DNA of 64,000 nt from Thermodesulfobacteriota bacterium. Its GTDB lineage: Bacteria > Desulfobacterota_D > UBA1144 > Nemesobacterales > Mycalebacteriaceae. Made by a program: the position numbers and the translations under genes. Location of the stretch: positions 1,088,001-1,152,000 of the forward strand of contig OZ245366.1 of assembly GCA_965226585.1 (NCBI GenBank), in the 5' to 3' direction. The notes below the pieces were generated by a model, which saw nothing but the letters and a program-made list of their open reading frames with translations, was not told the origin of the DNA and did no database searches. Shown piece after piece: positions 1 to 9,305 of the stretch. Each line of letters starts with the position of its first letter. Position 1 is the first letter of the stretch.

Positions 1-331
1 AGTCGCGTCATCACTGCCGTGGGCAATGGCGTTTCCAAACGGACAGCCGCCCGTTGATTTCACCGTTCACCCAACCCAGATATACGAAACGCTTCTGATG
101 CTTGCCGTGTTCGCCGTGCTGTGGAGATTGCGGAAAAAACCCGCGCCGGACGGATGGATGTTCGCCCTCTACCTTGTGCTTGCCGGAACGGAACGGTTTT
201 TCATTGAGTTTTTGCGCACAACAACACAAAGCCCGATTCCGGGGCTTTCAGTCGCCCAGCTGGTCGCCCTCACCCTTATCGTGTGGGGTGGGCTGTGGCT
301 GTTCAGGTTCAAACGGTTACGGAACCCGTGA
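1..331 (+). CDS. lgt: Prolipoprotein diacylglyceryl transferase, C-terminal part (truncated by window start)
   Basis: HPTQIYE and RFFIEFLR motifs with hydrophobic helices. Confidence 0.9.
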   Translation, partial: VASSLPWAMAFPNGQPPVDFTVHPTQIYETLLMLAVFAVLWRLRKKPAPDGWMFALYLVLAGTERFFIEFLRTTTQSPIPGLSVAQLVALTLIVWGGLWLFRFKRLRNP

Positions 332-1402
332 GAGCACGGAACGCAGAGCGGCTTCAAACTCGCGGTTTTCTTCGGCAAGCCCGGCTGTAACCCTGAGGCA
401 GTCCGCCACGCGACCGCCGGAAAATCCGCGCACAAGAATCCCTTTTTCCAGAAGCCCGGCGCGCGCGCGTTTTGCTGAGGCGGAGTCGGGAAAGCGGATG
501 AGAAAAAAGTTCGCATCGCTTGGGAAAACCTTTATCCCGTCTATTGAGGCGAGAGAGGCGCAGAGTTTTTCGCGCCCGGAGACAACGGCTTTTATGTTGT
601 CTTCAAAAATCGCGTTTTTGGTGAAGAAAATCCGCGCCGCCGCCTGAGTGAAAGAGTTTATGTTGTAGGGAAGCCGCGCCTTTTCCGCCTGCGCCGCCAG
701 TTCGGGACGCATAAAAAGAACACCGAGCCGTATCGCCGCGAACCCGGTTTTTGAAAATGTCCGCAAAACCGCGAGGTTTTCGTATTTATCCATAAGGGAG
801 ATGACACTCCGTCCGCAGAAACTGAAATACGCCTCGTCCACAACCACAATTCCGGGCGACGCCTCTATGACCTCTTCCACTCTTGAGGGCGACAGCAAAT
901 TGCCGGTCGGACTGTTTGGAGAGGCAAGAAAAACCGCATCGGGGTCGTGCGAGCGTATCGCTGAGAGCATCGCCGGAGTGTCAAGGTCAAAATCGCCGTC
1001 AAGGTTTTCCTCCACAACGTTTTTGCCGAGAGCGTTCGCCGTTATCCCGTACATGGAGAAAGTGGGCGAAGGCACAAGCACATTCCCGGATTTTCCGCAG
1101 AATGTCTCTATCAATATCTGTATCAGTTCATCGGAGCCGTTTCCGAACAGTATGCCGCCGGGCGGCGTTCCCGTTTGCTTTGAGACGAGTTTTCTCAACT
1201 CCGCGCAATCAGGGTCGGGATAGCGGTTGGTTTCAATTTTTGAGAAAAATTCAAGCATCTCCGCCCTCGCTTCGGGCGTGAGGTCAAAAGGGCTTTCGTT
1301 TCCGTCAAGTTTTATCCGGCACTGCGGTGTTTCCGCCCCGTACGGCTCCGAAGCGCGAATGGAAGGGGAAACCCTGCCGAGAAGCTCCTTTATTTCCGCC
1401 AT
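317..1402 (-). CDS. hisC: Histidinol-phosphate aminotransferase
   Basis: IKLDGNESP, NRYPDP, GNGSDELI, VVDEAY, LRTFSK (PLP lysine); follows hisD. Confidence 0.95.
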   Translation of the reverse strand: MAEIKELLGRVSPSIRASEPYGAETPQCRIKLDGNESPFDLTPEARAEMLEFFSKIETNRYPDPDCAELRKLVSKQTGTPPGGILFGNGSDELIQILIETFCGKSGNVLVPSPTFSMYGITANALGKNVVEENLDGDFDLDTPAMLSAIRSHDPDAVFLASPNSPTGNLLSPSRVEEVIEASPGIVVVDEAYFSFCGRSVISLMDKYENLAVLRTFSKTGFAAIRLGVLFMRPELAAQAEKARLPYNINSFTQAAARIFFTKNAIFEDNIKAVVSGREKLCASLASIDGIKVFPSDANFFLIRFPDSASAKRARAGLLEKGILVRGFSGGRVADCLRVTAGLAEENREFEAALRSVLSRVP

Positions 1403-2709
1403 CAGGCGCCCCGCTTTTTCTCTCCGCCCCTTCGCGTTGTAACGGAAAGAGCATGAGCGGTAAGCCCTTCCGAGCGGGCGAGATTTATCACCGTGTCCGC
1501 GAGTTTGTCAAAACCCTTCGCGGTGAGCTCCGCCGTGCTTGGAGTTTTGACAAAATCGGAAGCCGAGAGCGGAGACGAAAACCTCGCCGCCCCTCCGGTC
1601 GGAAGCACGTGGCTTGAGCCGCAAACATAGTCGCCAAAAGGCTCTGTCGAGCGGCTTCCGAGAAACACCGCGCCCGCGTGCCGTATCAGCGGCAGAAGAG
1701 AACGCGGCGATTTTACGCAGAGTTCAAGGTGCTCCGGGGCAACCGCGTTTGAAATCCGCACGGCTTGTTTCAGGCTTGAGGTGATAAATATTTTTCCTCT
1801 GCTCTTTATTGAGGCAGCCGCTATTTTGCTTCTCTCAATCCCGCGCGCCATCTCCATCAGTTCATCTTTCACTTGCCGGGCATAGGATGCGGATGTGACG
1901 GCAAGGGTTGGGGTCGCCATCTCGTCGTGTTCCGCCTGAGCGAGCAGGTCTGAAGCCACCCACTGTGCCGGGCATGAGCCGTCCGCTATCACAAAAACCT
2001 CGCTGGGTCCCGCCATCATGTCTATGTCAACTTCTCCGTAGACCAGTTTTTTCGCTATCGTTACGTATATGTTTCCGGGTCCCACAATTTTGTCGGCGCG
2101 GGGAACGGACTTTGTTCCGAACGCCAGAGCGGCAACCGCCTGCGCGCCGCCGATTTTGAAAATGCGGTCAACCCTCGCGACTGACGCGGCGGCAATCACT
2201 TCGGGATTCAGACGCCCTCCGGGGCACGGAGTTGTCATAACGGTTTCGCGCACACCGGCAACCTTTGCCGGAACCGCCGTCATAAGAACGGTTGACGGAT
2301 ACGCGGCTTTTCCTCCGGGAATGTAGATGCCCACCCTGTCAAGCGGACGGACAAGCCAGCCCAGCCGGTTGCCGTAGGCGTCTCTGTGCTCCGCCGCGCG
2401 GGGCATTTTTTTTCTCTGATAATCCTCTATGCGGCGGCGCGCGGTTTTCAGGTCTTTCATCACGCCCTTCGGCACTTTTGCCATCGCGGCTTTCGCCTCG
2501 GAACCTGAAACCTCAACCGTGCGCGCGGAAATTGAGGCGCGGTCAAACTTTTTCGTGAGAGAAAAAAGCGCGGAATCTCCCTTTTTTCTCACCTGCTCAA
2601 CAATTGCCGCCGTTGCCGCCACTGTTTCAGGGTCGAAAGGCGAAGCGGTTTTGTGTATGCGGGCAATCTCTCTGTCTATGTTCGCTGAGTTTATTTTGAC
2701 GGTTTTCAT
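1402..2709 (-). CDS. hisD: Histidinol dehydrogenase
   Basis: GIYIPGGKAAYPS, KIVGPGNIYV, DMMAGPSE, QAEHD, APEHLE; start placed at MKTVKIN. Confidence 0.95.
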   Translation of the reverse strand: MKTVKINSANIDREIARIHKTASPFDPETVAATAAIVEQVRKKGDSALFSLTKKFDRASISARTVEVSGSEAKAAMAKVPKGVMKDLKTARRRIEDYQRKKMPRAAEHRDAYGNRLGWLVRPLDRVGIYIPGGKAAYPSTVLMTAVPAKVAGVRETVMTTPCPGGRLNPEVIAAASVARVDRIFKIGGAQAVAALAFGTKSVPRADKIVGPGNIYVTIAKKLVYGEVDIDMMAGPSEVFVIADGSCPAQWVASDLLAQAEHDEMATPTLAVTSASYARQVKDELMEMARGIERSKIAAASIKSRGKIFITSSLKQAVRISNAVAPEHLELCVKSPRSLLPLIRHAGAVFLGSRSTEPFGDYVCGSSHVLPTGGAARFSSPLSASDFVKTPSTAELTAKGFDKLADTVINLARSEGLTAHALSVTTRRGGEKKRGA

Positions 2710-2725
2710 ACTTTCAGAGCCGCGC

Positions 2726-3031
2726 CTACTTGCCGTGCGCGCCCTCCCCGAAACCGCTTTCAACAAACTCCGATATCAGTTCGGCGGCGTTTTCCGCGTC
2801 AGAACCGCTAACCTCAATTTCAATCTCCGTTCCTCTCGCGGCGGCAAGGGAGAGAATTCCGAGGATGCTTTTGCCGTCAACCTCGTAGCCGCTTTTGATT
2901 ATTTTTACGTTTGATGAAAACTGGTTTGTCAGTTTTACAAAGCCCGCCGCCGCTCTCGCGTGCAGACCGAGAGTGTTGACGATTGTAAAAGTTTTTCTTA
3001 CTGAATCCACTAACCGGAAAACCTCCGCCAA
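2726..3031 (-). CDS. ptsH: HPr family phosphocarrier protein
   Basis: GLHARAA (phospho-His) and KSILGILSL (regulatory Ser) motifs; start uncertain (3031 or 3010). Confidence 0.9.
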   Translation of the reverse strand: MAEVFRLVDSVRKTFTIVNTLGLHARAAAGFVKLTNQFSSNVKIIKSGYEVDGKSILGILSLAAARGTEIEIEVSGSDAENAAELISEFVESGFGEGAHGK

Positions 3032-3119
3032 TGCGGAGACAAATCATAACACAATATAAACGGCAAAGGTTAAAGCTGCGCTGGAACGGCGGTGCGCGGG
3101 TGGTTAGAATTAGGCGGCG

Positions 3120-4196
3120 ATGAGCACCGGTGAGATATTTGAAAAAGTGGAGCGCGGAGAGCGGATTGACGGCTCAAGAGCGGCTGAGCTTCTTGAGAAC
3201 GCGACCCTCCCGCAACTGGGCGCGCTTGCGTCATTGTGCAGAGAGCGGAACAATCCGGGCAAAACCGTTACCTTCGTGCGAGACACAAACCCGAACTACA
3301 CCAATGTGTGCGACACGGAATGCCTTTTCTGCGCTTTCTGGAGACCGGCGGATGCGGCGGACGCTTACACGCTTGAGACGGACAAACTGATTGAGATGAT
3401 GAAAACCGCCTACCACAACGGAACCACAACGGTTCTGCTTCAGGGGGGGCACAACCCGGATATCGGGCTTGACTACTACACCGGGGTTGTTGAAAGAGCG
3501 CGGCGCGAGATACCTGACATACACCTTCACGCCTTCTCCGCGCCTGAGATAGCGGCGATAGCGAAATACGAAAAAATGGACACGCGTGAGGTTTTGCAAA
3601 GACTGTGGGACGCGGGGCTCAGAACCATTCCCGGCGGCGGAGCGGAGATATTGACGAACAAGGTCAGAAAGAAAATCAGCCCTCTGAAAATAGATGCGGA
3701 CAGATGGATTGAGATAACCCGGCAGGCGCATGAAACCGGTTTCAAAACCACCGCGACCATGATGTTCGGGCATGTTGAGGAAAACCGCGACATAGTTGAG
3801 CACCTTGAGAGAATAAGGTCTTTGCAGGACGAAACGGGCGGTTTTCTGGCTTTTATACCGTGGATTTTCAAGCCCTCAAACACTTTCCTTGAACGTAAAA
3901 TTCCTTCCGAGACGGGAGGCGAAAGGTATCTCCGCGTGCTCGCGGTGTGCAGAATTTTTCTGGATAATTTCCGTTTTATTCAGGGTTCGTGGTTCACTCA
4001 GGGTTTCAAAATCGGCTCCGCTTCAATGCACTTCGGAGCGGACGATCTTGGCGGAACGCTGTATGAGGAAAATGTTCTCAAATGCGCTGAGAACAGAATC
4101 AAGGCAAGCGCGGAAGATATTGCCGGCATGATACGAAGCGCGGGATTTGAACCGGCGCAGAGAAACACCTTTTACGAAGTCATAAGAAAATTCTGA
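3120..4196 (+). CDS. mqnC: Cyclic dehypoxanthinyl futalosine synthase (CofH/MqnC radical SAM family)
   Basis: NYTNVCDTECLFCAF (CxxxCxxC), LLQGGHNP, IPGGGAEIL, TATMMFGH, GADDLGGTLYEENV. Confidence 0.8.
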   Translation: MSTGEIFEKVERGERIDGSRAAELLENATLPQLGALASLCRERNNPGKTVTFVRDTNPNYTNVCDTECLFCAFWRPADAADAYTLETDKLIEMMKTAYHNGTTTVLLQGGHNPDIGLDYYTGVVERARREIPDIHLHAFSAPEIAAIAKYEKMDTREVLQRLWDAGLRTIPGGGAEILTNKVRKKISPLKIDADRWIEITRQAHETGFKTTATMMFGHVEENRDIVEHLERIRSLQDETGGFLAFIPWIFKPSNTFLERKIPSETGGERYLRVLAVCRIFLDNFRFIQGSWFTQGFKIGSASMHFGADDLGGTLYEENVLKCAENRIKASAEDIAGMIRSAGFEPAQRNTFYEVIRKF

Positions 4197-4951
4197 TGGC
4201 GGAACGTGTTCAGAAAATGCTTGCGGCGGCGGGCGCGGGCTCGCGGCGCAAAGTGGAGGAACTGATAAAGTCCGGCGAGGTTGCCGTAAACGGCGGGGTC
4301 TGCAAACTTGGAGACAAGGCGGAGCCGGAAGACACAATCACCGTTTCGGGAAAAGAGATTGACTGCCGGAGCGAAACGGGCGGAGTAATTCTGTATAACA
4401 AACCCATCGGCAAAATAGTGAGCCGGAGCGACCCGGGAAAACGCCCCACAGTTTTTGAAGACCTGCCTCCGGTAAAAACGCGCTGGGTTTCAGTCGGGCG
4501 GCTTGATATAAACAGTTCGGGTCTGCTGATATTCTGCACAGATGGCGCGCTTGCCCACGGGCTTACCCATCCGTCACGGGAGATTGAGCGGGAGTATCTG
4601 TCGCGGGTGCGGGGAGATACGGGAGAAAAAACGGTTGAGAAACTGCTCTCGGGAATCGTTCTTGACGGCAAGCGCGGGCGGTTTGAAAAGGTGGAGCGGG
4701 TTCCGGGAAAAGAGGGAAGCAACAAGTGGTTCAGGATAACCGTGAGGGAGGGAAGAAACCGCTTTGTGAGAAGGATGTGGGAGAGTTGCGGCTGTGAAAT
4801 CAGCCGTCTTGTGAGAGTCCGGTTCGGTCCGGTAAAACTGCCCGCGAAACTGCCTCCGGGCGCGTGTATTTTTCTTGGCGGCAGAGAGAGAGAGAGACTT
4901 TACAAGGCGGCGGGAGCGGAACCTCCGCCGGATTTGAGAAAGCGCGTTTAG
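4196..4951 (+). CDS. rluB: 23S rRNA pseudouridine synthase, RluB/RsuA family
   Basis: N-terminal S4 domain (ERVQKMLAAAG..SRR), VGRLDINSSGL catalytic motif, EGRNRFVRRM. Confidence 0.85.
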   Translation: MAERVQKMLAAAGAGSRRKVEELIKSGEVAVNGGVCKLGDKAEPEDTITVSGKEIDCRSETGGVILYNKPIGKIVSRSDPGKRPTVFEDLPPVKTRWVSVGRLDINSSGLLIFCTDGALAHGLTHPSREIEREYLSRVRGDTGEKTVEKLLSGIVLDGKRGRFEKVERVPGKEGSNKWFRITVREGRNRFVRRMWESCGCEISRLVRVRFGPVKLPAKLPPGACIFLGGRERERLYKAAGAEPPPDLRKRV

Positions 4952-5518
4952 TTATCTCACCCTTTCTATGTAGGCGCCGTCTCTTGTGTCAACCCTTATG
5001 ACATCTCCGGGGTTGACGAAAAGCGGAACGTTGACATTCGCGCCGGTTTCAAGGGTTGCGGGCTTTGTGGCGGATGTGGCGGTGTCTCCCTTAACGCCGG
5101 GCTCGGCTTCGGTAACTTTCAGTTCAACAACCGCCCTGGGAAACTCTATTCCGTACGCATCGCCGTTTATGAAGTTGACCTGAACCTCCTGATGCTCGCT
5201 CAAAAAATCCGCCGCGCGTCCAACCTGCTTGCCCGAAAGTTCATGCTGGTCGTAAGTTTCAGTGTCCATAAAGTGGTAGGCGCCGCCGTCTGTGTAGAGA
5301 AACTGCATCATCCGTTTTTTGATGTCGGGCGTGTCAAACTTGTCTCCGGCGCGAAACTTCTTTTCCTGCACGGCTCCGGTAACTATGTTGCGTATCTTCG
5401 CCGTAACAATCGGACTGCGTTGCGCCATCTTCGAGTGCTGATACTCGATGATTTCCCAGACGGCGCCGTCCATTTCTATTTTCATTCCTCTGTGGAAATT
5501 GCTTGTTTCAACAACCAT
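4952..5518 (-). CDS. efp: Elongation factor P
   Basis: PGVKGDTA, KPATLETGA, VPLFVNPGDVIRVDTR. Confidence 0.95.
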   Translation of the reverse strand: MVVETSNFHRGMKIEMDGAVWEIIEYQHSKMAQRSPIVTAKIRNIVTGAVQEKKFRAGDKFDTPDIKKRMMQFLYTDGGAYHFMDTETYDQHELSGKQVGRAADFLSEHQEVQVNFINGDAYGIEFPRAVVELKVTEAEPGVKGDTATSATKPATLETGANVNVPLFVNPGDVIRVDTRDGAYIERVR

Positions 5519-5541
5519 TTTTTTCTCCCGGACAGGTGAGG

Positions 5542-7335
5542 CTACTTTCTCCTGAACATTTTCTCAAGACCGCCGTATGTGAGGTTGACGGCAACGGGAC
5601 GCCCGTGCGGGCAGAAATGAGGCGATTCGCAGCCGTCCATCTCGGCAAGCAGAGACTTGATTTCCGTTTCCTCCATTGAGTATCCGGCGCGGATGGATTT
5701 GTGGCAGGCGATTGTGGCGAGTACGTTCTCGGTTTTTTTATCAAGTTCCCCGGCGGCTTCCGGGCACTGTGTTCCGCTCATCTCCTCAAGAATGTCAATA
5801 AACAGCGTTTTGCCGTCCGTGCATGAGATAATCGCGGGAAGAGATTCAAGCCGCACCGCGCTTTCCCCGAACATTTCCGCATTGAGTCCCATGCTTCTCA
5901 TCTTGCCCTCAAACCTGCCGAACAGAGCCATCTCTTCGGGGCGCATTTCTATAATTTCCGGTATCAGCAGTCTCTGCGCGCTCAGCGCGCCGTTTTCCCT
6001 GTACGCGTTTCTGAACCGCTCGAAATTGACTCTTTCGTGCGCCGCGTGCTGGTCAATCAGGACGATGCCGTCTCTGCTTTCGCAGATGATGTAGAACGCG
6101 CCCGCCTGCCCGACAATTTTCAGACGCGAGAAAAAACCGTTTTCGCGCTCAGGGGAAAGCGGAAGTTCCTGCTCTGCGGGCGGGAAGGCGGGAGCGGCTG
6201 ATTGAGGAATGTTGCCAAACGACTGCTGAGAGGGTTTTTGAGAAACGCCGTCTTCACCGAAAAAAGTTTCCGTTGTTCCGCCCTCCTCAGTTTGCGTGTA
6301 TCCGCCCTGCGGGGTTTTGCCTGAAGGCGCGCCCTCGCCGCCGGTAATCCAGGGGGCTTGAGAGAGAAACTCCTCAACCGCCGCACGGATGGCTCCGGCA
6401 ATCGCTCCCGTGGAGATAAAACGGACTTCGTGCTTTGTGGGATGGACGTTCACGTCAACACCTCCGGGAGGGACGGTGATAAAAACCGCGCCCTGCGGGT
6501 AGCGTCCTTTGTCAAAAGTGCGCTTGAAGCAGTCCATCAGAATTCTGTTCACAAATCTGTCGCGCACATATCTGCCGTTCACGTAGCAGTAAAGGCGGGC
6601 AAGCGATGAAAACCCGCCCTGCGGGGCGCAGAGAAAGCCGCTTATGCCGGTTTCGCCCTCAGGCGCGGCGGTTCCGAACGGGTAGAGTTTTACGTTTCCC
6701 GCCACATCTCTCACCCTGCTCTCAATGTCTCCCGGCGCGAAACGGAACATCACCCTGCCGTTGTGAGACACCTCAAAATCAACTTCGGGATTTGCCACCG
6801 CGAGGGAGCGGGCAACTGCGGCGCACCATGAGAGTTCGGTTTCGTCTGTCTTGAGAAACTTGAGGCGCGGGCGCGTGTTGAAGAAAAGGGAGCGGGCTTC
6901 AACCGTTGTTCCCGCAGGGCATCCGGCGTCTTTCACGCTTACAGCCTTTCCGCCCTCAACCTCAATCGCGGTTCCCGTGTCGCTTTCGCCCGTGCGTGTT
7001 GTGAGTGAGAATTTTGACACCGCCGCGATTGAAGGAAGCGCCTCGCCCCTGAACCCGAAAGTGCCGATGGAAGCGAGGTCGCTCTCGTCCGTTATCTTGC
7101 TTGTGGCGTGTCTCTCTATGCACAGAACTGCGTCATCACGCGACATTCCGCAGCCGTTGTCCGACACCCTCACAAGACGTTTGCCGCCCGAATCTATTTC
7201 AACCGATATTTTGTCCGCTCCGGCATCAAGCGAGTTTTCAAGAAACTCTTTCAGCACGGACGCGGGACGCTCAACCACCTCGCCGGCGGCTATTTTGGAA
7301 ATAAGAATGTCGTCAAGTACTTGTACTGAACTCAT
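5542..7335 (-). CDS. mutL: DNA mismatch repair endonuclease MutL
   Basis: KIAAGEVVERPASVLKE, GFRGEALPSI, DVNVHPTKHEV, DQHAAHER, ACH and CPHGRP endonuclease motifs. Confidence 0.97.
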   Translation of the reverse strand: MSSVQVLDDILISKIAAGEVVERPASVLKEFLENSLDAGADKISVEIDSGGKRLVRVSDNGCGMSRDDAVLCIERHATSKITDESDLASIGTFGFRGEALPSIAAVSKFSLTTRTGESDTGTAIEVEGGKAVSVKDAGCPAGTTVEARSLFFNTRPRLKFLKTDETELSWCAAVARSLAVANPEVDFEVSHNGRVMFRFAPGDIESRVRDVAGNVKLYPFGTAAPEGETGISGFLCAPQGGFSSLARLYCYVNGRYVRDRFVNRILMDCFKRTFDKGRYPQGAVFITVPPGGVDVNVHPTKHEVRFISTGAIAGAIRAAVEEFLSQAPWITGGEGAPSGKTPQGGYTQTEEGGTTETFFGEDGVSQKPSQQSFGNIPQSAAPAFPPAEQELPLSPERENGFFSRLKIVGQAGAFYIICESRDGIVLIDQHAAHERVNFERFRNAYRENGALSAQRLLIPEIIEMRPEEMALFGRFEGKMRSMGLNAEMFGESAVRLESLPAIISCTDGKTLFIDILEEMSGTQCPEAAGELDKKTENVLATIACHKSIRAGYSMEETEIKSLLAEMDGCESPHFCPHGRPVAVNLTYGGLEKMFRRK

Positions 7336-7523
7336 TGGACGATGAGCATTTTATAGAGCGCGATGCCCGCAAGCGCGGCAACCGGAATCACAACCGCGGC
7401 AAGGGCGAATACCACAAAGAAAAACAAAACGCCCGGCGCGTTACTGCCGTAAACATCAGCCGACTGCTCTTTTACCGAGCCGAAAAGCGAAGAAAAAAAT
7501 CCGCGACCTGAACCCGAACTCAT
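7332..7523 (-). CDS. Small membrane protein, unknown function
   Basis: 63-aa ORF with one long hydrophobic segment; 4-bp overlaps with both neighbours. Confidence 0.6.
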   Translation of the reverse strand: MSSGSGRGFFSSLFGSVKEQSADVYGSNAPGVLFFFVVFALAAVVIPVAALAGIALYKMLIVQ

Positions 7524-7837
7524 TTCCGCGCGCGCCCTCTCTCCGCCTTCGCCGCCGAAAGCGTTTCAATTATGGAGTCAATGGAAACGGCAACAAGCGT
7601 TATAATCTCAACGGTTCCGCGCGAACACAATTCAACCGAAACCTGCCCCACGGTTTCGTTGTCCGGCGCCTCCACTATGCTTACAAAATCGTAATGCCCG
7701 AGAGTCGCGTACTGCTCGAGAACACAAACGCCGAACTTCTCAAGCTCTTTGTCAACCTCTTTGATTCTCTCCGGTCTTTCCTTGACGGTTTTCCGCCCTT
7801 CCGGGGTAAGTCTGCTGAGTAGAATGTAGGTGCGCAT
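7520..7837 (-). CDS. GYD domain protein
   Basis: MRTYILLSRLTPEG...QYATLGHYDFVSIVEAPD matches the GYD family pattern; start moved to MRTYILL after AAGGAA. Confidence 0.8.
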   Translation of the reverse strand: MRTYILLSRLTPEGRKTVKERPERIKEVDKELEKFGVCVLEQYATLGHYDFVSIVEAPDNETVGQVSVELCSRGTVEIITLVAVSIDSIIETLSAAKAERGRARK

Positions 7838-7910
7838 TTCCTTCCGCCGCCGTGATATAATCCGGTTTCCGTAATTGTATAGTGTCTTTGCCGCATAACA
7901 AACACGTTCA

Positions 7911-9008
7911 ATGAAAACACGTTTCCTCATCATGCTTCTGGTTCCCCTTCTGTGGACGGGCGGGGCGGGCGCGCTTCCGTCTCTGGGGCTGTTCGGCGGC
8001 AAACAGTCGCCGGACATATCGGTTGAGGGCTTCAAATGGAGATCCGGCGGGGCGGGAAGAAGAGCCGTTTTTTCTGAAATTACCCTGAAAAACAGCGGAA
8101 ACAGAAACTACTCGGAAATAACGTTGAGGGCGCGGTTTTACACAAGAGACGACATACCGATGGGCGGCGTGCGCGGAACGATAAAAGACGGAATAAAAGC
8201 GGGCGAGACAAAAACCTTCAGAAACGTGCGGCTGGGAATGATGAACTCCGGAATGGACTACGTGAAAGTCGGCATCGTCAGCGCGAGGGCGGCTAAAGGC
8301 GAGAAAAAAAGCCATCCGCTTATCGTTACGGAGCGGAAGTGGACGCCTTCGGGGGGTGGAACGGGTGTCGGAACGCTCAAAAGCATTACGGTTAAAAACC
8401 CGTCTGCGGTTCCGTACGGAGCGGTAACATTTCACATAATTCAGAAACAGGGCGAGCGGATGCTGATATCAAACAAGTTGACGATGAAAAAAATCGCGGA
8501 GGCAAATTCGGAAACCGTTTACAGGGATGTCAATCCGGGGTTTTTCCATCCTTCGGCGGAAGAAATTATTGTCTCCGTTGTTTCAGCCCACCCCGTTTCG
8601 CGCAAACATGCGGCGGTTCTCGGACATAAAACGGCTGAGAAAACCGAAGCCGGAGAGAGCGCGGAAAGAGCGCGGGATGACAAAGACGAACCGGTTCCGG
8701 GCTACGATATTGAGATAAAAGAGTTTGAGTGGGGAAGCGGAATTGCGGGAGGAGCGGGAATCATAAAGCGTCTTGTTCTCAAAAACAGAAGCGGCACGGA
8801 ATACAAGGATGTAACGATGCTTGTGGAGTTTCTTTCATCAAGGGGAACCCCTGTAACGTCTGTGGACTTCAGGATTAAAAACCCGCCTGCGCCCGGCAAA
8901 ACAACCGACTACAAAAATCTGGTTACAGGCATTATGAGCGTGTCGCCCGATAAAAAATCCGTGAAAATCAGCGTGCGGAGCGGAACGCCCGCGCCGCGCG
9001 GAAAATAA
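7911..9008 (+). CDS. Exported protein with three tandem beta-rich (FxLYD-like) domains
   Basis: Signal peptide, then three roughly 110-aa units sharing W-x-S/T-G..G, a KN motif and a downstream Tyr. Confidence 0.7.
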   Translation: MKTRFLIMLLVPLLWTGGAGALPSLGLFGGKQSPDISVEGFKWRSGGAGRRAVFSEITLKNSGNRNYSEITLRARFYTRDDIPMGGVRGTIKDGIKAGETKTFRNVRLGMMNSGMDYVKVGIVSARAAKGEKKSHPLIVTERKWTPSGGGTGVGTLKSITVKNPSAVPYGAVTFHIIQKQGERMLISNKLTMKKIAEANSETVYRDVNPGFFHPSAEEIIVSVVSAHPVSRKHAAVLGHKTAEKTEAGESAERARDDKDEPVPGYDIEIKEFEWGSGIAGGAGIIKRLVLKNRSGTEYKDVTMLVEFLSSRGTPVTSVDFRIKNPPAPGKTTDYKNLVTGIMSVSPDKKSVKISVRSGTPAPRGK

Positions 9009-9011
9009 GGT

Positions 9012-9230
9012 TTATTCCAGAACCAGAGCTTCCTTCATAATGTCGGCGAGCCCTTCGCTGAAAGACTGAGCGCCGCTCAGAGGAATTACGATGCAGGAAC
9101 GCCCGCCGCTCACCTCGGTGATACGAACGTATTTGCCTTTGTGGTTTTCTTTCAGGTCAAAAAAGAACTTTTTCTGCTCTATATTCACCTGCTTACTGAC
9201 GTAGTCCTTGTCTAAATTATCGCCACTCAT
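9012..9230 (-). CDS. PUR-repeat (Pur-alpha-like) ssDNA/RNA-binding protein
   Basis: SKQVNIEQKKFFFDLKENHKGKYVRITE..RSCIVIP fits the PUR repeat pattern. Confidence 0.8.
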   Translation of the reverse strand: MSGDNLDKDYVSKQVNIEQKKFFFDLKENHKGKYVRITEVSGGRSCIVIPLSGAQSFSEGLADIMKEALVLE

Positions 9231-9305
9231 TTTGTTCACCCCCGAACTTTATGAAGGCGTTTATATTATCAAGCGGAAATTAAAAAATCAAACCCCCGCG
9301 CCGTT

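Noticed and set aside
4883..4897. (AG)7 tract in rluB as a phase-variation site
   Set aside because: Short, in frame, encodes an ordinary RERER helix near the C-terminus of a housekeeping enzyme
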